Shown in pieces: positions 11,438 to 24,450 of a DNA stretch of 64,000 nucleotides. The DNA comes from Octopus sinensis. Lineage: Eukaryota. Under the pieces are notes generated by a model. That model searched no databases. It was not told the origin of the DNA and was given only the letters and a program-made list of their open reading frames with translations. Numbering within the stretch: the stretch's first letter is position 1; each line of letters starts with the position of its first letter. The stretch spans positions 94,240,001 to 94,304,000 of the forward strand of contig NC_043004.1 in assembly GCF_006345805.1 (NCBI RefSeq). Direction: 5' to 3'. The position numbers were made by a program, and so were the translations under genes.

Positions 11438-11699
11438 ATCGATTATCCGAATGTGGCAGTTATCTAATCAAATGTGTTCATCATAGATTATCACCTAAAT
11501 CATCTCGAAGGAATATATCCTTCTACTTCAAATCAGTCCTACAAGTTATACAGTATTCTTACAGCTTTCACTGATTATATGTACCCAGGCATGAAAGCAA
11601 TTGCAACTGTGTGATGTATAGACATCATTGTGTTTTGGACCCACCCCCTGTAGCGGATTTTAAAACGAAAACTGATTGCGTGAGTGCGTTACATGATAC

Positions 11700-11998
11700 A
11701 TATCACCGTGATCACCGTGACCGACCAGGCTATCAGATGTTGCTACACATCACTGGTCACAATGCGCTTTGAATTGTTTTAGCCTTCAAATGACGCCACC
11801 TCGCTGGCTAAGCGAGCAGGACGACAGAAGAAAGAGTGAGAGAAAGTTGCAGCGAACGAGTACAGCAGGGATCGCCACCATCCCCTGCCGGAGCCTCGTA
11901 GAGCTTTAGGTGCTTTCGCTCAATAAACACTCACAACGCCCGGTCTGGGAATCGAAACCGCGAGTCCGCTGCCCTAACCACTAGGCCATTGCGCCTCC
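11700..11998 (-). mobile_element. SINE family C, alternative tail 2
   Basis: Head/body near-identical to 22978-23365, but the tail differs (...GTGGCGTCATTTGAAGGCTAAAAC...GGTCACGGTGATCACGGTGAT). CATGATA-like flanking repeat. Confidence 0.8.
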
Positions 11999-12270
11999 AT
12001 GATATATATATATATATATATATATGGACATTAATGGATGTCTTGTGATAGCTGTGATGATGTTGGTCGTAGGAGTGGTGGTCGTGGAAGTGCGTGGAAG
12101 TGGCGATTATAGCAGTGGTGGTTGTTGTTGTGGTTACCGCAGCAATGGCTGTTTTAATACAGGTGATTCTAGTAGTGATGGTTGCAGTATTGGTGGTTGT
12201 ATTTGTAGTGGTTGTAGTGATAGCGGCTGTGTTAGTGGTAGTTGTATTTGTTGTAATTATTATTATTATT

Positions 12271-12766
12271 GAGTGAGAGAGCAGTGCTTGTCATCAAAGT
12301 GACACTGGGGAAAATATACGAAGCCCGGTATACCCAACATTACTACCCGTCTGATAAGGGTACACTAGGCACATGCATCACAACCATATGTGAGCGACAT
12401 GGTGATCTTATATTAAGATAAACAGCACATGACCTTGCATGTGGGGGCCTAGTTAGAATTTTCTTCTGGTCGAGTAACCCATCCCGCTCAAAAGGTCCTT
12501 GAATAAGGGTTGTTTAAGATATTTTGAACGAAACACCCATGTTTCCAGAGGTGAATTATTCAAACCCCAAAGAATCCCTCTCAACACATGGCTATGCTGC
12601 TCCCCCACTACTTCTGCTTGTGATCAGAGATGCACATATCATCAGCCTCTAAGGGACATGTTCAACTGGTTAAGGTCAAACAACTGACAAGCAAATCTGT
12701 GGTATTGAGCAGAACATGTGCTGTAGCCCATCTTTTTTACCAAGACAAAACAATGTACCTGATAAC
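12271..12766 (-). mobile_element. Element D, second copy, flanked by (AAT)n
   Basis: Collinear with 6813-7326. Confidence 0.75.
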
Positions 12767-12788
12767 TTATTATTATTATTATTATTAT

Positions 12789-12834
<46 letters not shown>

Positions 12835-12861
12835 TGTTGTTGTTGTTGTTGTTGATGTTGT

Positions 12862-13480
12862 GGGGCTAATGCAGTTTCGCACCTCTCCTTGAAAAATGCA
12901 CTTTTTTTAAAACAAAATTTTCGGATCCCTACGCTTTAGTTGTCGGAGATTACGAATATGCAAAAAAAAATTACCCCCCCCTCCCCCATCCCACCCACCA
13001 CCACCTCTCCCGCATCCTTTAAAATTTTGAACTTTTTCGAATTTTTTTTTTCCTTATGTTTTAGACGACGGAGATTCCTAATATGCAAGAAACCAAGTAT
13101 TCAAAATTTTAAATTCAATAAGGCATATAGATATGTGCATAAAGAGATAAATAGATCTGAATATCTTCCTGGGGCTAAAAACAACAGTAACACCGTCTTC
13201 TATAGAGCCGCCACATTTAGTTGACAAATATAATGCAAATTCTTTTCCCTTTAATGTTTTTTGTCTGTGTTTAATTTCGATTTGCATACGTTCGTCAGTT
13301 CGCTACGATCTCTTTAAAGCAAACAAAATTTTTAAAAATTCAATTGGGGAGGGGGGGTGAAATTAAAAAAAAAAAATTTTTGCATATTCGTAATCTCCGA
13401 CATCTAAAACGTAGGAATCGGGAAAAATTTTTTTTTTTTAATGCATTTTTCATGGAGAGGTGCGAAACTGCATTAGACCC
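12862..13480. mobile_element. MITE with ~125-bp TIRs inserted in a (GTT)n array
   Basis: GGGGCTAATGCAGTTTCGCACCTCTCC..GTCGGAGATTACGAATATGC pairs with GCATATTCGTAATCTCCGAC..GGAGAGGTGCGAAACTGCATTAGACCC. GTTGT flanks both sides. Confidence 0.8.
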
Positions 13481-13608
13481 GTTGTTGTTGTTGTTGTTGT
13501 TGTTGTTGTACTAGTGTTTGTAATAATAATAGTAATTGTTGCATATTTGTTGCGGTACTGGTGTCTGTGGTGATGGTGGTGGTGGTGGTGGTGGTGGTGG
13601 TGGTAGTG

Positions 13609-13640
<32 letters not shown>

Positions 13641-13678
13641 TGTAGTAGTAGTAGTAGTAGTAGTAGTAGAAGTAGCAA

Positions 13679-13735
<57 letters not shown>

Positions 13736-13786
13736 CAGCAGCAGCAGCAACAGCAGCAACAGCAGCATCATCATCATCATCGTCAT

Positions 13787-13820
<34 letters not shown>
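13481..13820. repeat. Compound trinucleotide array (GTT/GGT/AGT/AGC/ATC)
   Basis: Direct observation. It explains the poly-Q/S/V/T ORFs in the track. Confidence 0.9.
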
Positions 13821-14729
13821 GAAACGGAATGTTACAGATTGCAGTTTAGTCGTCACGGACGGTTGTGGTGATAGTGATGTAGGATGGGTTAATGGCGGGT
13901 GTAGTGGTGCCTGGTGCAGGTGGTAGCATTGACGGTAAAGTCGTGGTGGTAGTGCTGGGGGCTGCTTGTAATTGTCGATGTGGTTATGATGTCGGTAGAG
14001 ACGGTGATGCTGACAGTGGAGTTACAGAACATTTTATTGAAGCAGTGAAGCAACAGAACAATTTACTTCCATAGACGACGTCGAGGTGTTACTCTAAAAC
14101 ATACATATATAAAACTAAGCTAGTCTACAACCGACGTTTTCGAATATGTGATATGAAAATACTCTACAGATATCTTTAATTTTGATGCGAAGATTAAAAT
14201 GAAACCATTATTTATTTCCATTGTCACAATCCTATATGAAAGCAGCGCTGTGTGATGTTATCGAAAATGGAAGCATTACTAAAAAGACATTAACTCAACT
14301 CAAACAATATTTGATGCGGTGAACTTATCAGGTGGAGAGCAGTTTGCAAAATCACTGAAGGTAAATAAGGCAAAAATAAAACAAAACAAAATAAAATAAA
14401 TGGGAAAAACAAAAATTATTTATGGTTTTATTAATCACGTTTGAAGGGAACAATGTCAATGAGATATGCCATGGAAGAATTTTCTAGAAAGCTTTCTATA
14501 GTATCGAGCATGATTGAAAATAATCTACTGATTATATCTGATAGAATGATATGAAATGAAACTCATGATATACATTCAAAATTATAGACTGTATTAGAAT
14601 TTAAAAAGGCAACTTCTACGAATTATATCGATACGGAGTATTTACCCATCATGGACTATACGATCATTTATCCCACAACAGGAAAGATAAATAAATAAAC
14701 CACTTATTCGGTTCAGGGGACTACAATAT

Positions 14730-14780
<51 letters not shown>

Positions 14781-14996
14781 CCTTTTTACTGGTTTCAGTT
14801 ATTTGACAGCGGCCATACTGGGTCACCCCTTTGCAGGGTTTTAGTCGAACGAATCGACCCCAGGACTTATTTTCTTTTAAGCCTTGTGCTTACTCCATTG
14901 GCGCTGTTTTGCCGAACCGCTAGCTTACGGGGATGTAAACACACCAACACTGGTTGTCAAGCGGTGGTGAGGGATAAACACACACACACACACACA
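14781..14996 (-). mobile_element. SINE family A tail half
   Basis: Tail consensus up to the central (CA)n. The head half is replaced by the RLE fragment. Confidence 0.75.
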
Positions 14997-15322
14997 TTCT
15001 AAACATGAGAAAAGTCTTGCAGAGTTTTATTGTTCCGCTTACAGTTTGTATTTGTAATGTGCAGGTCTGTTGGTTGATTTCTTTTTCTAAAAATCCAAAC
15101 TTATCCAGACTGACGGTTAAGTATTTGCTTTCAAAACCAAGCGCTCCAATTATTATTGGTATAAATGTAAACTTATCCAGACTGACGGTTAAGTATTTGC
15201 TTTCAAAACCAAGCGCTCCAATTATTATTGGTATAAATGTAAACTTATAATCTGGATATAGAAACTGAAGGTTTCGAAGTAGTTGTCCGTAGTTATCTTC
15301 TTTCTCTTTGATTTTCAAAGCG

Positions 15323-15325
<3 letters not shown>
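14997..15325 (-). mobile_element. R4/Dong-like RLE retrotransposon fragment joined to (TACA)n, with a 72-bp internal tandem duplication
   Basis: IALKIKEKEDNYGQLLRNLQFLYPDYKFTFIPIIIGALGF...TIKLCKTF is clearly homologous to the 53108-53596 ORF. The 5' junction is on (TACA)n. Confidence 0.85.
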
Positions 15326-15353
<28 letters not shown>

Positions 15354-15430
15354 TGTATGTATGTATGTATGTATGTATGCATGTATGTATGTATGTATGT
15401 ATGTATGTATGTATGTATGTATGTACATAC
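15324..15430. repeat. (TATG)n microsatellite
   Basis: Direct observation. Confidence 0.95.
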
Positions 15431-16046
15431 ATATCACATCACTTATTAAGTCATATGTTTATTTATTAAATAAACATTACACAGACACACATATACATAT
15501 ATGTATATATAAACACATATACACACACGCATGTGTGCGCATACATTTGTAACAATAACGTTCGTTAGTAGTAAAATACAAATAATGATTTTAAAATGCT
15601 ATATTTTGGTCTTCAACTGAGAAGCTAGTTGTTAGCGCGTAAAACCAAATTATTTGCGTCTTTTAACGTCCAGAAATCAAACAATGACAGGATCGGCTTA
15701 GCCTATCCTCCTTCCGAAGTTTGTACAATAAAGGACCAGTTAAATACTAGGATGGATTTGGCTATGTCCTCCCACAAAATGTGTGGCCTTACACCAATAA
15801 TCGAATTTAACATACAGTGGGGGCTCTGTACACGAATATCATCCGCCCCGGAGCCCTGTTAATTAATCCAAACTTCGTTATATGAGTAACTTAAATACAT
15901 ATAAATACAAGTTATCCGTTCCAAGCCGGACACGACCTTTCCATAAAGGTGAAATAATATTCTATTTGTTTACTCTTAATATCATATATATATTTCTGCG
16001 TGCGTGCGTTTTTTTTTTTTATCATTCTCTTGCTTCTGTCCATCCA

Positions 16047-16420
16047 TACTCTTTTACTTGTTTCAGTCATTTGACTGCGGCCATGCCTTTAGTCGAGCAA
16101 ATCGACCCCGGGACTTATTCTTTGTAAACCCAGTACTTATTCTATCGGTCTCTTTTGCCGAACCGCTAAGTGACGGGGACGTAAATACACCAGCATCGGT
16201 TGTCAAGCAATGCTAGGGGGACAAACACAGACACACAAACATATACACACACACTTATATATATATACATATATACGACAGGCTTCTTTCAGTTTCCGTC
16301 TACCAAATCCACTCACAAGGCATTGGTCAGCCCGGGGCTATAGCAAAAGACACTTGCCCAAGATGCCACGCAGTGGGACTGAACCCTGAACCATGTGGTT
16401 GGTTAGCAGGCTACTTACCA
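16047..16420 (-). mobile_element. SINE family A, full length
   Basis: Head ends CTCCTGCGCCT; complete core and tail. Confidence 0.9.
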
Positions 16421-17296
16421 CACAGCCACTCCTGCGCCTATGGTTATTATTTTTGCAAAATCATACGAGAAATATTTGTATTTTCTATATAAAATAGGAA
16501 AATCTGTAAACTAAATGAAATGCGTACATTAACGAACCGTTTGAACACATTCTTTCAGCCACTATATGCGAGCCTACGCTACTCATATTTCCCTGTTGAA
16601 ATTACATCTTGTCAGGCGAATGGGCTCCCAGTCACTTTATAAGTACGCGTTGTCTGCTCGTGGTTCGGTGGTTCGTTGACCAAATTTCAGTTCGTAATGC
16701 GAATTTAATTTTCTGCAGAAAAAACGTTTCGTTATTCAGATTGTTCGTGGAGAGAACCCTTCGCATATAGGGAACCTTATATAGAAATGACAAAGGATTG
16801 GTATGATAGTAAAGGATAAAATAACTTCTTGTATTTCATTGTAACTTTTTACATTCCGAGTTCGATTCCTTTCGAGTTTGTCTTTGCTTTTCAACCTTCT
16901 AGTTTCATTAAACTAAGCACTAATAATGTACTGGCCTTTGAAACCACATATTCATTCTACAATAACATTCAACTAATAACTACTCATTTGTTTGTTTCAC
17001 TCGTTGGAGTGTGGCCCAGCTAGAACACTCTTCATATTGTTTAAATATTTTCTGTCTTGTTCAAGGAATTCTGTATCGTTCATGGCTTAATCAACTCTTC
17101 ATTACTACCAAATTTGTTGCCTTGCACCAAAGTTATAAATCGATATATCCATAAATCAATACAGACACACAAACACACACACATGATTATGCATATGTGC
17201 GAGAGAGCGAGAGTGTGTAAGTATGTAAATCTGTATGTATGTGTTTGTGCATGTGTGTGTGGCGTGTGTGTGTGTGTGTGTGGTGTGTGTGTGTGT

Positions 17297-17327
<31 letters not shown>

Positions 17328-17679
17328 AGTCCGTCTATCTGTGATTATATCATTCAAACCATTCTACTGATAATATCATATATTGGAACACAGATATGAG
17401 ACCGTATATTTTATTCATAGTCAATGCTATATTGGTACGCTAGTAACTATTGTCAGGTCGTCTGTCTTGTACCATTATGTAAATGAACTGTATCCGACAT
17501 AAGGTTACATTTTTAATAAGCAGTATTCAACTATTATAACCAGCAATTTGGATAGAAAAGGTGAGCGAATTGCGATGAATTACCAATTAGAGAAACGAAT
17601 CGGTTCAACAATGAACCTACGTTACCGAAGAGAAGTTTGTAGACCGAAATTTAAAACAAGACTACGTCCATACAGGTAC

Positions 17680-17739
17680 TAGAGATAGATAGATAGATAT
17701 ATATATATATAGATAGATAGATAGATAGATAGATGGATG

Positions 17740-17774
<35 letters not shown>

Positions 17775-17775
17775 G

Positions 17776-17863
<88 letters not shown>

Positions 17864-17880
17864 TAGACATAGATATACAT
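17680..17880. repeat. (GATA)n array
   Basis: Direct observation. Confidence 0.95.
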
Positions 17881-17954
17881 ATAGATGTATAGTCAATAAA
17901 ACATATATCAGAAAAGAATCACACTCTAAAGAATACACACTCACACACACACAA

Positions 17955-17985
<31 letters not shown>

Positions 17986-17991
17986 AACACA

Positions 17992-18023
<32 letters not shown>

Positions 18024-18026
18024 TTA

Positions 18027-18125
18027 TAGGCACAGGAGTGGTTGTGTGGTAAGAAGCTTGCTTCCAAACCACATGGTTCTGGGTTCAGTACCACCGCGTG
18101 GCACCTTGGACAAGTGTCTTCTACT

Positions 18126-18159
<34 letters not shown>

Positions 18160-18460
18160 TATATATATATATTATATATATATATATATGCATATATATG
18201 TATGTATGTACTTATGTATGTATGTATGTATATATATGCATGGATGTATTTGTGTGTATATGTTTGTCTTCACACCATCGCTTGACATACCGATGACGTG
18301 TTTAGGTCCCCGTAACTTAGCGGTTCGACAAAATAACAAATAGAATAAATACTAGGCTTACAAAGAATAAGTCCTTGGGTCGATTTGTTAGACTAAAGGC
18401 TGTGCTCCAGCATGGCCGCAGTCAAATGACTGAAACAAGTAAAATAAAAAGAATAAAAGA
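18027..18460 (+). mobile_element. SINE family A (core deleted, expanded central microsatellite)
   Basis: AGGCACAGGAGTGGTTGTGTGGTAAG head and tail to GAAACAAGTAAAATAAAAAG. Confidence 0.8.
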
Positions 18461-18472
18461 ATATATATATAT

Positions 18473-18894
18473 ATAATGTAAAGTATAGAAGCCATCTTAT
18501 CATGGCTAACCACATAGGGGAGGGGGTGTTACTGTAGCTTTATAGCCCCAAGAGATCGTCGTCTCTAGCTGGCTTTAGACACCATATCAGTGCCCTTGAA
18601 GTATTTGCAAAGGGAGGCCATCCCTTCCTCGCAAGCCTGAGTGATACGCTCGGACTAGTTTCGGGATTTTTGTCCCTTGTCAACGGGCGGTAACCACCAG
18701 GATGCGACGAAAGTGAAGGCTTCCTTGCAAATATATAAGAGTTTTTCGGCCTCCCTTTGCAAATACTTCAAGGGCACTGATATGGTGTCTAAAGCCAGCT
18801 AGAGATGACGATCTCTTGGGGCTATAAAGCTACAGTAACACCCCCTCCCCTATGTGGTTAGCCATGATAAGATGGCTTCTATACTTTACATTAT
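18473..18894. mobile_element. Young foldback element: 147-bp inverted arms, 128-bp spacer
   Basis: 18473-18619 is the reverse complement of 18748-18894, with one mismatch found on reading. Confidence 0.9.
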
Positions 18895-18936
18895 CGAGCG
18901 ATTACTGTTTCAATCTCATTCTGAGATTTAATTATG

Positions 18937-18985
<49 letters not shown>

Positions 18986-19032
18986 TATTGTATATAGATA
19001 GATACATGCACACACACACGCAGAATTGTATG

Positions 19033-19695
19033 TTGTGTGTGTGTGTGTGTGTGTGCGTGCGTGTAACTGCCATATTCTATTGGTAAGATCATAATGTGAT
19101 AAATCACTTCCTTCTTGGAAAATTGCGATTAAAGAAAGAAAAACGGATTGGCAGGAAAGCCAGGCGATCCGACGGAAATGCTTTGCCTGTAGAATAAGGA
19201 ATTAAGATATTTATGTTGAGAAGATCTATAAATATATACACGAATGCGCGCGTGTGCGCATACATACATGCTTATATACACAAATATATATATTTTTTTT
19301 TTTATCTTTTACTTGTTTCAGTCATTACACTGCAGTTATGCTGTGGCACCACCTCGAAGAATTTTAGTCGAACGAGTCGACCCCAGTACTTTAAGCCTGG
19401 TATTTATTCTATAGATATATTTTGCCGAACCGCTATTTTTAAAAGACGTAATCACACCAACACCGGTTGTCAAGCGAGCGAGGTGACAACACAAACACAA
19501 ACATACACAGACACACACTCACACATACATACATATATATACATGCATATGTATATATACACATACACAATAGGCTTCTTTCAGTTTCCATCTGGCAAGT
19601 CCACTTACAAGGCCGAGGTTATAGTAGAAGACACTTGTCCAAGTTGTCACGTAGTGGAGACTGAATGCGGTACCATGTGGCTGTGAAGCACATGG

Positions 19696-19735
<40 letters not shown>

Positions 19736-20029
19736 CGCGTGATTATGTGTGTGTGTATGTGCGTATCTTCCATTACGAATTAAAAGCAGCGCTAGTGTTG
19801 TAAACATTATCGATCGCACATACTCAATATATGCGGCATAGTGCTTTGGAGACGACGTCCTCATAAGGATGGGTGTCAAAACACCTGAAATTCATACACA
19901 GGTCAGACAACTCAACTTGGACCAAATTCAGGTGTGATGGATACCGATATTTCGCCATTTTTGTGACACCTGAATCGAACCGGCGATGAATTGAATCGCC
20001 TGTCTATGGTTAAATACATAGTGTAAAAC

Positions 20030-20074
<45 letters not shown>

Positions 20075-20077
20075 GTG

Positions 20078-20111
<34 letters not shown>

Positions 20112-20340
20112 AAACATAGTACATTTATTAATCGTGAAATTTGGGGACGTGTGTACTGCTGTAGCATTATGTACTTTGCACAGCGATATTATCTGATATC
20201 CACCAATACAGGAGTTCAGTCTGACAAGCCATAGCTTAACACCATGCACGTAGTAAGTTTTTGGGTTAAAGATAAATTTGGCACGCGTTTGTTTCTATAT
20301 ATTGTACATAAACACGCTTACACACACACATATATATGTG

Positions 20341-20372
<32 letters not shown>

Positions 20373-21021
20373 GTGTGTGTGCGTGCGTGTAACTGCCATA
20401 TTCTATTGGTAAGATCATAATGTGATAAATCACTTCCTTCTTGGAAAATTGCGATTAAAGAAAGAAAAACGGATTGGCAGGAAAGCCAGGCGATCCGACG
20501 GAAATGCTTTGCCTGTAAAATAAGGAATTAAGATATTTATGTTAAGAAAATCTATAAATATATACACGAATGCGCGCGCGTCGGCATACATACATGCTTA
20601 TATACACAAATATATAATATTTTTTTTTAATCTTTTACTTGTTTCAGTCATTAGACTGCAGTTATGCTGTGGCACCACCTCGAAGAATTTTAGTCGAACG
20701 AGTCGACCCCAGTACTTTAAGCCTGTACTTATTCTATAGATATCTTTTGCCGAACCGCTATTTTTAAAAGACGTAATCACACCAACACCGGTTGTCAAGC
20801 GAGCGAGGTGACAAACACAAACACAAACATACACAGACACACACTCACACATACATACATATATATACATGCATATGTATATATACACATACACAATAGG
20901 CTTCTTTCAGTTTCCATCTGGCAAGTCCACTTACAAGGCCGAGGTTATAGTAGAAGACACTTGTCCAAGTTGTCACGTAGTGGAGACTGAATGCGGTACC
21001 ATGTGGCTGTGAAGCACATGG

Positions 21022-21063
<42 letters not shown>

Positions 21064-21357
21064 CGCGTGATTATGTGTGTGTGTATGTGCGTATCTTCCA
21101 TTACGAATTAAAAGCAGCGCTAGTGTTGTAAACATTATCGATCGCACATACTCAATATATGCGGCATAGTGCTTTGGAGACGACGTCCTCATAAGGATGG
21201 GTGTCAAAACACCTGAAATTCATACACAGGTCAGACAAATCAACTTGGACCAAATTCAGGTGTGATGGATACCGATATTTCGCCATTTTTGTGACACCTG
21301 AATCGAACCGGCGATGAATTGAATCGCCTGTCTATGGTTAAATACATAGTGTAAAAC

Positions 21358-21402
<45 letters not shown>

Positions 21403-21405
21403 GTG

Positions 21406-21436
<31 letters not shown>

Positions 21437-21665
21437 AAACATAGTACATTTATTAATCGTGAAATTTGGGGACGTGTGTACTGCTGTAGCATTATGTACT
21501 TTGCACAGCGATATTATCTGATATCCACCAATACAGGAGTTCAGTCTGACAAGCCATAGCTTAACACCATGCACGTAGTAAGTTTTTGGGTTAAAGATAA
21601 ATTTGGCACGCGTTTGTTTCTATATATTGTACATAAACACGCTTACACACACACATATATATGTG

Positions 21666-21705
<40 letters not shown>
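19033..21705. repeat. Tandem segmental duplication, 1326-bp period (each unit has a SINE A and an (ACT)n inverted microsatellite)
   Basis: GTAACTGCCATATTC starts at 19063 and 20389. Units differ by only a few substitutions and are bounded by (GT)n tracts. Confidence 0.95.
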
Positions 21706-21903
21706 ACCGCGTGTGTACTGTTGGCGATTTTTTTTCCTCTGTCTTCCCTTCTCTGGATCTTTCCTTCTCCTATGTTTCCGACGAAGAGCTCCGCTCGAAA
21801 CGTTGAACCCTCCTTCTTTCCTTCTTTCCTGAGCGTCCAATAATACTATATTTGTTCCACGTCCTCGCATTGTTGTGTTTTTTTTGTGCTTTCTTGTTTG
21901 GAT

Positions 21904-21908
<5 letters not shown>
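21706..21908 (+). mobile_element. Penelope-like terminal fragment with minimal hammerhead-like fold
   Basis: GTTT-CCGACGA-A-GAGC tcc GCTC-GAAA-CG-TT-GAAC, followed by a pyrimidine-rich tail ending in (TA)n. Confidence 0.55.
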
Positions 21909-21949
<41 letters not shown>

Positions 21950-21954
21950 ATATA

Positions 21955-22880
21955 TTGAGTCATCCCATAAATAGTGCGGTTTTTTTTTCAATTGCATGAA
22001 CTAAAAGTCGGATGGAGATGGGATAAACTACCCGCATTAACTTGCTATAAAATCAGGTAGTCATTTTATCTTGTTCTTATTCTTACTGCAAATTTTGAAA
22101 AGTGCAGTTCAATTTTAACAGTTATTTTTTCAAAGCTATAATGGAAGTGACAAAGGAGCATATTCGACATATTTTGCTTTATGAATCCAATAAAGGCAAC
22201 AACGCAACGGAAAGTGCAAGGAATATTAATGCACTGTATGAGATCGGACAATAAGCATAAGCAGTGTTAACGGTGGTTCCAGGAATTCTGAAGCGGAAAC
22301 TACAGTCTAAAAGACGAGCTCCATCCTGGAAGATCTGTAGGGCTCTTACGAGGACGTCCTGCAAACCCTGGTGGAACAAAACCCCGTCGTAACTGTTGAG
22401 ACACTAGCAGAGAAACTTGGATTTGGTCATTCAACCATTCATCGACACTTGCATGCCATCACAAAAGTCAGCAAATTGGATCAATGGGTTCCTCACAATC
22501 TTTCCGAGTTTAATCGCGCGAAGAGTGTGAATGTGTGCTCTTCTTTGCTGTCACGTCTCACGAATGAACCCTTTTGTGACCGAATTGTGACTGGTGATGT
22601 GAAATGGGTTCTCTATAGAAATGTCAAGAGCCGATGACAGTGGGTAGGAAAAGGAGAAACACTGGTACCCTAAGATAAAGGAGGTCTTCACCCACGTAAG
22701 GTGTTGTTATCTGTTTAGTGGGATATGAAAGGTCTAGTCCACTTTGAAATTTTAAACCCAAACCAAATGATAAACAAAGGAGATCTACTGCGAGCAGCTT
22801 GAATGGCTTAAGTCAGTGCTCGAAGAAAAATGAAAAAACCCATCTTTGGTTTTAAGACAAAAGGTATTCTTCCATCAGAA
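21955..22880 (+). mobile_element. Mariner (DD34D) transposon, 5' part, degenerate
   Basis: ATG at 22141: MEVTKEHIRHILLYE..GNNATESARNI; then WVPHNLS, RIVTGDVKWVLY, HPRKVLLSV.WD, with stops and frameshifts. TIR-like TATTGAGTCATCCCATAA. Confidence 0.9.
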
Positions 22881-22977
22881 CTTTGGATACAGGAGCTTGA
22901 GACAAATGACTTTTTGAGACTGTAGTACGCATTCTTGTTGACTTTAGGCACGCTGGTAAATGAGTACTATCCGTTCA

Positions 22978-23365
22978 GAGGAGGCGCAATGGCCCAGTGG
23001 TTAGGGCAGCGGACTCGCGGTCATAGGATCGCGGTTTCGATTCCCAGACTGGGCGTTGTGAGTGTTTATTGAGCGAAAACACCTAAAGCTCCACGAGGCT
23101 CCGGCAAGGGATGGTGGTGATCCCTGCTGTACTCTTTCACCACAACTTTCTCTCACTCTTACTTCCTGTTTCTGTTGTACCTGTATTTCAAAGGGCCGGC
23201 CTTGTCACTCTCTGTGTGAAGCTGAATATCCCCGAGAATTTCGTTAAGGGTACACGTGTCTGTGGAGTGCTCAGCCACTTACACGTTAATTTCACGAGCA
23301 GGCTGTTCCGTTGATTCGGATCAACCGGAACCCTCGTCGTCGTAACCGACGGAGTGCTTCCATCC
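22978..23365 (+). mobile_element. SINE family C, full length, 12-bp TSD
   Basis: tRNA-like head GGCGCAATGGCCCAGTGGTTAGGGCAGCGG..GGTTTCGATTCCC. ACTATCCGTTCA at 22966-22977 and 23366-23377. Confidence 0.95.
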
Positions 23366-24413
23366 ACTATCCGTTCATTAGTTGATATGAATTCATTATC
23401 AGCTATAGTTGAAATTCAATTCAAGGCATCTTAAACCAAATTCGCTCTTCTTAGACCGTATTATATTTCATAATTTAGCCATTTAAATAGTAGATTTAAG
23501 GCGACTATCAACTAGAACAGCCACTGCTTATTCTTTGGTAAGAAGTTTGAATTCTTGAACTAATCGGTGATGTCACATTTTTTCTATTGATCTAACCTAA
23601 CTAGAAAAGCTACAATGGTCTGTTTCTTTTCAATATCAATCAAATTATGTGAACTGAAGCAAATTGGCTGTTCATTTTGCGTTGGGACAGAAGTTATTGA
23701 CGTTAAAGATACATCAATTTCAAGAATTAAAATGTGAACCAGGTGTCGGAATAGATAACAAGGCCGCTGCCGTATTGTCTATTTGTTTTCAATCACCTCA
23801 AGACATTCGGTTGGTAATGGAAAACGTTGATACTGTTTTACTTCAAACAAAAGTATGGTAATTTTAGCAAAACTTTTTATCTACATTGAATAATATACGA
23901 ATGAATCGATCAAGATCCTTGGAATTTCCAAGCGCTGGTAACTCAAATAGTGGTCGCTATCGATCAGGGTCCACCTGTATCTTGATGTTCCAAAAATAAT
24001 GATACATAGAAACGGTAAAGTAATCACCATGAATTTACAATTTTTACTTTTCTTTTTTTGTTTTGTTGTTGCTCAAGGGGAAACGAGGGCATCTGGTAAC
24101 ATGCCCATGGAATATCAACTGTGCTAGAATGGTTATTTCCGTGAATTTGGTTTCAACTATCGCCACCGAATGGGATATGGTGGCTGATTGGAAGAACTAT
24201 TAGTGCACTGGACGATATCTTGCAGTAATCATTCTGTCTCCTAGAGTTCTGAATTCAAAATCTACCAAAGTTATCATTGCCTTTTATCCTTCCATTGTTG
24301 ACAAATAACGTACTAGTCAAATGCTTAGAGAAAGAAAGAAATTATTTTGCAATTTCTTCCTCTTTTTCTTTCTTTCTTTCTTTCTTTGTCTCTCTCTCTC
24401 CTCTCTTTCTTTT

Positions 24414-24450
<37 letters not shown>

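Noticed and set aside
13262-13300. Minus-strand CTGACGA...GAAA
   Set aside because: The intervening sequence cannot form stem II; it lies inside a MITE.
22978-23055. tRNA genes at SINE heads (also 47953, 24822, 63630-63705)
   Set aside because: A/B boxes present but acceptor stems are not formed and they continue into SINE bodies.
23664-23861. 65-aa ORF with possible AG/GT boundaries
   Set aside because: Weak acceptor and no recognised motif.
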